Part shown: positions 7,548 through 13,846 of the stretch, in pieces
Numbering within the stretch: position 1 is the stretch's first letter
How the letters are laid out: each line of letters starts with the position of its first letter
Origin: an uncultured archaeon
GTDB taxonomy: Archaea > Asgardarchaeota > Lokiarchaeia > Sigyniarchaeales > SOKP01
DNA length: 13,846 nt
Assembly (NCBI GenBank): GCA_964632315.1
Contig: CAZWEM010000074.1
Span: 1 to 13,846 of the forward strand
Direction: 5' to 3'
Translations under genes and position numbers: made by a program
The notes under the pieces: model-generated
Database searches by the model: none
What the model was told of the DNA's origin: nothing
Seen by the model: only the letters and a program-made list of their open reading frames with translations

Positions 7548-8635
7548 GGCTCGCCGACGTGATCGAGGCGACCGCGGAGGCCGGTCTGGTTCTGCAGCGG
7601 TCAGACGGCTCGTTCCCGGCAGGGCACAACGGCCCCTATGACGATGCGGAGACACCTCTGCGCAACACGGCCCACTGGATCGTGACCGTGCTCAAGGCTT
7701 ACGAGCTGAACGGGAACGCGTCGTTCCGCGAGGCGGCGCGGCGCGCCAGCAACATCCTGCTGGCGCCTGATGCGCGCCCCAGTGGGGCGACCTTCCTCTG
7801 TCGGACCAACCCCGCGAAGGACTCCGCCAACGGACTGATCGGGCAGGCGTGGGTCATGGAGGCCCTGGTGGAGCTGCACCGGGTGCTCGGCGACGATCGT
7901 GCACGCGAGGTCGCCGCCCAGGTCTTCCTCCTCCACCCTTTCTCGCCAGTCGGGGGCCTGTGGCGCCGCGTCGACGTGGATGGGAGCCTCCTCACCGTCG
8001 ACCCCACCTTCAACCACCAGCTCTGGTTCGCGGCGGCCGGAGCCCTGCTCGACCCGACCGGGGACACGGAGATCGGAGACCGCGCTGGTCGGTTCCTGGA
8101 CGGAGCCCTTGCCCAGACCTTCGCGGTGCGCCGCACAGGGAGGATCCGGCACGAGGCTGTCCAGCCGTGGCTGGCCCGAGCCAGGGGCCTCCTGGTTGGT
8201 CTCAAGTACCCTCGGACGCGCCTCAAGCAGAGGCGGGCCCAGGATGCCCGGGAGGTGGGCTACCACGCCTTCAACCTGTACGCCTTCGCCATCCTCCACC
8301 GCTGGCGGCCCGAGCATCCCCTGTGGCGGTCCCGTCGCTTCCTGCGTGCACTGCGCTTCGTGGCCCGAGGAGGGCTCGCCGGAGCACTCTCCAACCCCTT
8401 CGGCGGCCCGTACAACCCGGTGGGATTCGAGGCGGCGCTCGCCATCGAGACGTTCCAGCCGCTGCTGTCGGTCCGCCTCGGTTCGCCGGTGGAGTGGATC
8501 GAACGCCAGCTCGAGCACACCTTCGACGCTTCCAGCAACCTGATGAACCGCAACACGCCGGATCCTCAGACCCTCGCCGCCAGGTTCTACGAGCTGACCC
8601 GGCTGCGGGCGACCGACATGTTCATCGAGCTGTGA
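7544..8635 (+). CDS. aglQ: AglQ-like protein (putative alpha/alpha-barrel sugar epimerase or isomerase), 363 aa
   Basis: GTG 7544 overlaps the GT2 stop (GTGA), with GAGGAG 8 nt upstream. Motifs AEAGLVLQRSDGSFPAGHNGPY.D.ETPLRNTAHW, NGLIGQAW..EAL, VFLLHPF, DPTFNHQLWFAA, GYHAFNLYA, PYNPVGFE and AARFYELTRL match, from memory and end to end, Haloferax volcanii AglQ. Confidence 0.85.
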   Translation: MRLADVIEATAEAGLVLQRSDGSFPAGHNGPYDDAETPLRNTAHWIVTVLKAYELNGNASFREAARRASNILLAPDARPSGATFLCRTNPAKDSANGLIGQAWVMEALVELHRVLGDDRAREVAAQVFLLHPFSPVGGLWRRVDVDGSLLTVDPTFNHQLWFAAAGALLDPTGDTEIGDRAGRFLDGALAQTFAVRRTGRIRHEAVQPWLARARGLLVGLKYPRTRLKQRRAQDAREVGYHAFNLYAFAILHRWRPEHPLWRSRRFLRALRFVARGGLAGALSNPFGGPYNPVGFEAALAIETFQPLLSVRLGSPVEWIERQLEHTFDASSNLMNRNTPDPQTLAARFYELTRLRATDMFIEL

Positions 8636-8649
8636 GAGGGCCGACCGGT

Positions 8650-9603
8650 TCAGAGCCGGCATAGGTCCCGACACGAGCCCGCGGCACGGACGACCTTGGC
8701 CATCCAGACGACGAACCATGCTCCGACCAGACGCGCCGCGGGCAGCCGGCCGACCCGCCGCCGAGCCCGCGCCGGCAAGCGGTGCGGGGGCATGGGCAGG
8801 AAGCTTCGCGCGGCGGCCAACGCCATCTTCGGGGGCTTCATCCCGAAGGCCGCCCACACCCCAGGGGTCCCCCGACCGACCCGGTACTGCTTGCGTAGCA
8901 GCGCACCGAGACGGCGGGCCGGGTACGAGACCACCGCGCTCGGTGCGTAGACGAGGGTGAACCCGGCATCGGTCGCCCGCCGGGTCCAGCGCATGTCGCC
9001 TCCGGAGCGGAGACGGGCATCGAAGGGCCCGATCGCCTCTAACACGCGTTGGCGCACGAAGAGGTTGCAGGTCATGCAGGCGCGATGAGCTTCGATGCTG
9101 GCCTCCGCGTCCACATTGAGGATTGCGTCCGCAATCTCTCCCAGAGTGGGAGGGTCGGACGTGGCGAAGGCGGACTGCCCGCCAGCCAGGTCCGCACCGT
9201 GCTCGCGGAGTGCCTCCACGCCGCGCTCAATCCAGTCGGCTGCGGGCACGCAGGTGCCGTCGGTGAAGGCGACGATCTCGCCCCGCGCCATGGCCAGTCC
9301 GGCGTTGCGGGCGGCGTAGGGACTGCGTACCGTGTCCTCCCTCAGCAGGGTGACAGGATACCGGGCAATGACATCCCGTGTTGCGTCTCGGGAGCCGTTG
9401 TCCACCACGATGATCTGGGTATCGGCCCGGGAGTAGGTCTGGGCCAACAGACCCTCCAGGCAGGCCTGGATGGCAGGTGCCGCGTCGAGCACGGGCACCA
9501 CCACGGACACCGACGGCAGCTGCACGCCATCCATCTGCTCCATCATACGGGCCTGTGTCTCAGACGGCTCGGCACCGGTCGAGCCGGTGCGATGCCGGCT
9601 CAT
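8650..9603 (-). CDS. glycosyltransferase family 2, paralog of 6612-7547, with non-canonical DxD (317 aa)
   Basis: Start moved from 9987 to ATG 9603 (ATGA overlap with the upstream stop; ATG 9546 is an alternative). Motifs VSVVVPV, IIVVDNGSRDAT, PYAARNAGL, AFTDGTC, TCNLFVR and SGGD. Confidence 0.88.
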   Translation of the reverse strand: MSRHRTGSTGAEPSETQARMMEQMDGVQLPSVSVVVPVLDAAPAIQACLEGLLAQTYSRADTQIIVVDNGSRDATRDVIARYPVTLLREDTVRSPYAARNAGLAMARGEIVAFTDGTCVPAADWIERGVEALREHGADLAGGQSAFATSDPPTLGEIADAILNVDAEASIEAHRACMTCNLFVRQRVLEAIGPFDARLRSGGDMRWTRRATDAGFTLVYAPSAVVSYPARRLGALLRKQYRVGRGTPGVWAAFGMKPPKMALAAARSFLPMPPHRLPARARRRVGRLPAARLVGAWFVVWMAKVVRAAGSCRDLCRL

Positions 9604-10871
9604 GGCGGCGCTGCGAGCTCGAGCCCCGCCGCCGCGAGGGCATGAAGGAAACGAGGACGGACGGACTCTTCGCTGAACTGCCGAGGGGGTTCGACCTTGG
9701 CGTCGGGCTGCGCGCACCGGGCGAGAAAACGGGCCACCACGACACCCGCCTCCGAGGAGTCGGGGGCCAGGGTCCACACCTGGGAGAGCGTGCGGGTCGC
9801 CTCCCAGACGGCGCTGCCCCGGGGCGCGACCGCCAGGATGGGCCGGCCCGAGGGCAGGTACTCGAACAGCTTGGCCGGCAGCGACGCCGTGGAGGAGGAC
9901 AGCAGCAGCAGGCCGTCCGCGGCCCGGATCAGCTCCAGGATCGCGGCCCGGTCCACCGGCGGTCGCAGCTCCAGCTCCCAGCCCCACGCTGCCAGCCGCG
10001 GGCGCCAGGCGGCAACCGCCGCCCGTTCCTCGGCGAGCAGGTTGCCCACCACGAGCACCCGGCCGCGGGGTCCCGCCCCGGCCTCGATGCCATCCAGCAG
10101 GGGCCTGAACAAATCCTCCACGCGGCGCTCGGCGCGGGAGCCGAAGAACTTGCCTGCGTACAGCAGGGTCAGGGGATCGTCCGGTCTCCGGCGTTGCTCA
10201 CCAGTGGAGGCATCCATGACTTTCGGGTAGCAGTTGGTCACCACCGAGACCTTGTCCGCGACCCACGGCAGCCGCTCGGCGAGCAGCCGCCACCAGGCTT
10301 CGGAGGTCACCAGGACGCCCTCGGCCTGCCGCAACAGGCGGGCTTCCAGCCGCCGGTGCCGCAGCCGCTGCAGTGCCAGGGTGTTCAGCAGCGGGATCAC
10401 GGGCTCGTCCAGCCAGCCGTCGCGCAGATCCATCACGAACGGTGCCTGGAGACGGCGTGCCAGCCCCGCCCCGGCCACGTGCACCGACTCCGGCGGGCTC
10501 GAGGCGAGGACCATGGAGGCGCTGCGCCCTGCTTCCAGAGCCAGGGGATGTTTCGCCGCCCTGCGCGCCCACGCCACCAAGGGGTCCGGCACCATCAGCA
10601 GGTAGGCGACGGTGCGGCGCAGGCGGTTGGTGGTCCGGGGCGGGAGCGCCGCCCGCCGGCCGGGAGGTGGATCGGAGAAGAAGCCGATCGGGTCCCGGAT
10701 CGTGACCACCTGCCCGAAGCTCGTGCCCTCCACACCATCCCGGGATCCGGCCCGCAGGACCAGGCTCCCCACCCCCTCCTCGCCGAGCCAGCGCACGAAA
10801 CGCTCGACGCGGGTCCAGCCGAGGTGGCCGGGCTGGCCCCAGTAGGGCGCCGGGATCACGACGCGCTTCAC
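9600..10871 (-). CDS. glycosyltransferase family 4-like (GT-B)
   Basis: Motifs APYW, VPDPLVAW, ASSPPESVH, MDLRDGW, VVTNCY, LLYAGKF, ADGLLL and LPAKLFEYLPSGRPILAV. The GTG start overlaps the upstream TGA (GTGA). Confidence 0.88.
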   Translation of the reverse strand: MKRVVIPAPYWGQPGHLGWTRVERFVRWLGEEGVGSLVLRAGSRDGVEGTSFGQVVTIRDPIGFFSDPPPGRRAALPPRTTNRLRRTVAYLLMVPDPLVAWARRAAKHPLALEAGRSASMVLASSPPESVHVAGAGLARRLQAPFVMDLRDGWLDEPVIPLLNTLALQRLRHRRLEARLLRQAEGVLVTSEAWWRLLAERLPWVADKVSVVTNCYPKVMDASTGEQRRRPDDPLTLLYAGKFFGSRAERRVEDLFRPLLDGIEAGAGPRGRVLVVGNLLAEERAAVAAWRPRLAAWGWELELRPPVDRAAILELIRAADGLLLLSSSTASLPAKLFEYLPSGRPILAVAPRGSAVWEATRTLSQVWTLAPDSSEAGVVVARFLARCAQPDAKVEPPRQFSEESVRPRFLHALAAAGLELAAPP

Positions 10872-12712
10872 GGATTGCCGTCCCGCGGCGCGGCCACCGG
10901 CCCCTCGCCGAGCACACCCTCGAGCTCACGGACGTGTCCGGGGGGCGCTTCGAGGAGGTCCCGCTCATAGGCGGACAGCCTGCGGCCGGCCCCCAACCGA
11001 GCCGCGTCGCGCGCCCGCTCAAGCGCGTCTCGAGCCGCTTGGCTGCGCCCGAGATCCAGCTCGACACGGCTGATGAACAGCCAGCCACGGACGAAGTGCG
11101 GCTCCTCCCGGACCGCTCTCTGCGCCAGCTCGAGGGCCCGTGAGGAGTCCCCGAGCATGCGTTCGAGCTGGGCCCAGCGCAGCCAGGACCACGGGAGATG
11201 GGGCTCGAGCTCCGTCGCCCGCCGGTACCCCTTCCTGGCGCCGGCGATGGCGTCAGGCCAGCCTCCGAGGTCCTCCACGATGCGGGCGTTCACGAGACCG
11301 TAGTTCGACCACACGCGGGCGCTGCCGCCGTGGAGTGCGGTCGCCCGCCGGCTCCAGCTCAAGGCCTCTCCGGCCGTCTCCCAGCCCCAGCGCGGCTCAG
11401 CCAGGAGGTGGCGGGTGGCCCACTCCGCGGGCTCCGCGAACCAGGGATCCGCGCGCAGGCTCGTCCGCGCCAGGTCCGTGCTGGAGGTACCCTCCCACCA
11501 GAGCCGGCGAGCGTAGGCCGGCTCCGCCGCTCCCCACAGCAGAAGCCACATCACCGCCAGCCCCGCCGCCAACCGCACGCCTGGCCGCGCGGGCCACCTT
11601 CTCGCGGACTCCGCCTGGATCTGGCCGGTCGCCGGGAGCAGGCTTCCGACCAGCAGCGCCCACGTCCAGAGCACGACACCCTGGTCCAGGAAGTCGTGGA
11701 ACAGCGCCATGACGGCCAGAGCCGCCAGGGCCACGACGCCGGCCCGCCGTTGCTCGAGCCCCTGCCGGCGCAGCTGCCAATACCCCAGAAAGATCGCCGC
11801 CGCAGCCAGGGCAGCGCCGACGATCCCCGTCCGCACCGCCAACCCGAGGACCGTCGATTCCGCGCTGCCGATGACGTGCTGGTGAATGGCGATGGCCTCC
11901 GGGCGGGCCAGCCGCACCACCCCCGTGGCGTCCTCGAGCCAGCCCGGCCCCACGCCGAGCACGGGGTGAGCGGCCGTTAGGCTGCCCACCGCACGCCAGA
12001 TGGCGGGCCGATACCACGCCAGCGCATCCGGATGGGAGAGGAAGCGCCAGGTCGCGATCGCCGCCGCACCGGCCGCGGTGCCCGCCAACCCCAACCACCG
12101 CAACCGCCCCCGAGGGAACGCGACCGCCGCGGCCGCCACCAGGGCCAGGAGGCCGGCTCGTGAGCCTGTCGCCGCGATCGCCGCCGTCGCCAACAGGGCC
12201 GGCAACCAGCGCCAGCGCCCGAGGCTCCTCCCGACGTCGGACCACGGCACGGCGAGAGCGGGGATGACGAGCGCGATGGCCACGTTCGGGTTGCGGTACA
12301 TTCCGCCGAGGCCCAGCGCCCCCGCGGCCAGATTCGCCCCCAGCACCCAAGCCGCCGTCAGGCCCGCGCCGGCCGCCACCAGGGCGAAGGCCGCGCCGCG
12401 AGCCTTCCTGCCGCTGTGGCGGGCGAGCACGAGGATCGCCCACGCCGCAAGCCAGGTGGTGACCGTCTCCTTGGCGCCCATGGGATATCGCTTCGCCACC
12501 ACGGCGGACACCACCGCCCAGCCCAACACTCCGAGGCCCAGCCACTCCGCCGTCGTCAGGTGGTCCCGCCAGGTTGCAGCCGCCCAACCGACGATGACGG
12601 CCAGGGCAGCCGTGACGACGAGCCGCGGGGTCGGTGCGAAGGCGCCCCCCCAGGCGGTCGCGACGAGCACGAGCGCCGCCGCCGCGATCGCGGCGCGGTC
12701 AGTTCCGCGCAT
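10868..12712 (-). CDS. O-antigen ligase-like (Wzy_C) membrane protein with C-terminal TPRs
   Basis: Multi-TM N-terminus with GGMYRNPN, TGSRAGLLAL, RPAIW...HPVLGVGPG and AVRTGIVG. About three TPR-like repeats at the C-terminus (YRRATELEPHLPWSW, AQRAVREEPHFVRGW). ATG 12712 has GAGG 9 nt upstream; GTG 12718 is an alternative start. Confidence 0.82.
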   Translation of the reverse strand: MRGTDRAAIAAAALVLVATAWGGAFAPTPRLVVTAALAVIVGWAAATWRDHLTTAEWLGLGVLGWAVVSAVVAKRYPMGAKETVTTWLAAWAILVLARHSGRKARGAAFALVAAGAGLTAAWVLGANLAAGALGLGGMYRNPNVAIALVIPALAVPWSDVGRSLGRWRWLPALLATAAIAATGSRAGLLALVAAAAVAFPRGRLRWLGLAGTAAGAAAIATWRFLSHPDALAWYRPAIWRAVGSLTAAHPVLGVGPGWLEDATGVVRLARPEAIAIHQHVIGSAESTVLGLAVRTGIVGAALAAAAIFLGYWQLRRQGLEQRRAGVVALAALAVMALFHDFLDQGVVLWTWALLVGSLLPATGQIQAESARRWPARPGVRLAAGLAVMWLLLWGAAEPAYARRLWWEGTSSTDLARTSLRADPWFAEPAEWATRHLLAEPRWGWETAGEALSWSRRATALHGGSARVWSNYGLVNARIVEDLGGWPDAIAGARKGYRRATELEPHLPWSWLRWAQLERMLGDSSRALELAQRAVREEPHFVRGWLFISRVELDLGRSQAARDALERARDAARLGAGRRLSAYERDLLEAPPGHVRELEGVLGEGPVAAPRDGNP

Positions 12713-13846
12713 CGCCACCCGCCTCGAGCCGATCCAGCAGATCCGCGAGCGCGGTGGCGCGCTCCCTCACGCGCGGCTGCTCCACGGCCGCCTGCCAGGC
12801 GTCGCTCACCGCCGACGGCGCGTGGCCGAGCGCCAGCTCCAGCCGGCTGGCTAGCGCGGCCAGGGAAGCCGACCTGGGCCGGAGCCACCGCACATCGTCC
12901 AGGACCTCCAGGGCCCCCCGCTCCAGCTCCACGCGTCCGCTCTGCAGGGCCGCGGTCCCCGCGGCTGTCACCGGCGGGAGTCGCCACGGCGCAAGGTTCG
13001 CGGCACGGACGGCGACTGCGTACCTGGCCGCCGGATCGGTCGCAACGACGCTCCCGACGACGACGCTCGTGAGGTGCAGCAGGGAGAGACCGACCGCCAG
13101 CGAAGTGGCTCCCAACGCCGCCAGACGCAGGCGAGGGTGATCGGCGGGGCCGGGCGCCGTCGCGCGCACCATCGCGACGCCCCAACCCACGAGCACGGCC
13201 CAGGGCAGCGCCACTCCGCTGCTGTAGAAAGAGAAGTCCACAAGGTTGGCGAGAGGGATCACCGCGATGGCCGCCGTCAGCGCCGGCGCGCGGGGCCACA
13301 ACCGTCGCAGCAACCGTCCCAGAGCGAGCGCCGCCGCCACCGCCAGCAGGATACCGACCACACCGAGCTCGGCCGCCCACTCAAGGGGCATACAGTGGGC
13401 GTGAGCCGGCACGTTGCCCACCGCGAAAGGTACCGCGCGGGCAGCCTGCCCGAACCCGCCCACTCCCACCCCGGTCAGCGGCGCCTCAGACCACACCCAG
13501 GCGGCGGTGCGCCAGTTGTCGGCGCGCAGGGCGAGGGGCTCCAGCTTGGCGAGGTCGGGCCTGGACACGAAGGCGCCCGCCAGAGCCGCCGCGAGCAGAG
13601 CCACCACGACGACAGCGACGAGGCTCCGCCTCCGACCCGGGACCACGACCAGACACGTGCCCATGCCGAGGGCGATGCCCACGGGCGAGTAGGTGAGGGC
13701 CAGCCCCAGCCCGCACAACGCCGCCGCCGCCCCCCATGCCAGGCCTTCCCGAGAGCGGCGCACACCGGCCACGAGCAGGGGAAGTGCCGTCGCCAGCAGG
13801 GCGGCCAGGTGGCCGGGCACCAGCAGCGACGCGAAGGCGCGGCCGC
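12699..13846 (-). CDS. O-antigen ligase-like (Wzy_C) membrane protein with TPR-like tail; 5' end outside the window
   Basis: The frame stays open past 13820 to the window edge (GRAFASLLVPGHLAALL, the typical RAFxxxxxPxHLA segment). Also LTYSPVG, LRADNW...APLTGVGVGGF, PAHAHCMPLEWAAELGVVG and NLVDFSF, followed by a TPR-like helical tail. Confidence 0.85.
   Translation of the reverse strand, partial: GRAFASLLVPGHLAALLATALPLLVAGVRRSREGLAWGAAAALCGLGLALTYSPVGIALGMGTCLVVVPGRRRSLVAVVVVALLAAALAGAFVSRPDLAKLEPLALRADNWRTAAWVWSEAPLTGVGVGGFGQAARAVPFAVGNVPAHAHCMPLEWAAELGVVGILLAVAAALALGRLLRRLWPRAPALTAAIAVIPLANLVDFSFYSSGVALPWAVLVGWGVAMVRATAPGPADHPRLRLAALGATSLAVGLSLLHLTSVVVGSVVATDPAARYAVAVRAANLAPWRLPPVTAAGTAALQSGRVELERGALEVLDDVRWLRPRSASLAALASRLELALGHAPSAVSDAWQAAVEQPRVRERATALADLLDRLEAGGDARN

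Noticed and set aside
8636-8660. Possible bidirectional terminator between converging genes
   Set aside because: Only a 4-5 bp stem and no U-tract on either strand.
7601-8857. 418-aa antisense ORF over the aglQ-like gene
   Set aside because: Shadow ORF in GC-rich DNA with no recognisable motifs; the opposite strand carries a well-supported gene.
6612-9603. Inverted GT2 paralogs as a recombination substrate for a phase-variable inversion
   Set aside because: Only about 50% amino-acid identity; the longest exact DNA match I noticed is 13 nt (gccttcaccgacg), and no invertase is present.
9604-9987. 128-aa N-terminal extension of the minus-strand GT2
   Set aside because: Alternate frame of the GT4 gene; the ATGA overlap at 9600-9603 gives the natural start.
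9477-10970. 497-aa plus-strand ORF
   Set aside because: Antisense to the GT4 gene, Gly/Arg/Pro-rich and without motifs.
11397-12587. 396-aa alternate-frame ORF and similar ORFs across 11140-13380
   Set aside because: Low-complexity Gly/Arg/Pro/Ala frames expected at very high GC, lying inside the ligase genes.

Overview
GC-rich bacterial surface-glycan (polysaccharide or protein-glycosylation) biosynthesis locus, truncated at both ends, in three blocks. Right block (minus strand, about 70-80% GC in sampled lines, overlapping stop/start codons): two tandem O-antigen-ligase-like (Wzy_C) membrane proteins with C-terminal TPRs, a GT4-type glycosyltransferase and a GT2. Middle block (plus strand, opposite to the rest): a divergent GT-B-like protein, a second GT2 paralog and a homolog of the haloarchaeal N-glycosylation protein AglQ. 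Left block (minus strand, about 53-63% GC in sampled lines): polysaccharide pyruvyl transferase, a fused SGNH hydrolase/radical SAM protein, a Wzx flippase, a hypothetical protein and a partial CgeB-like glycosyltransferase missing from the ORF track. The most unusual elements are the SGNH-radical SAM fusion with a cysteine-depleted SPASM/twitch-like tail, the AglQ plus AglI-like GT2 module in a bacterium, and two paralog pairs in which one copy lacks canonical active-site residues. All family calls come from motif recognition by eye; no database search was run. No RNA genes, CRISPR arrays or mobile-element genes were recognised.
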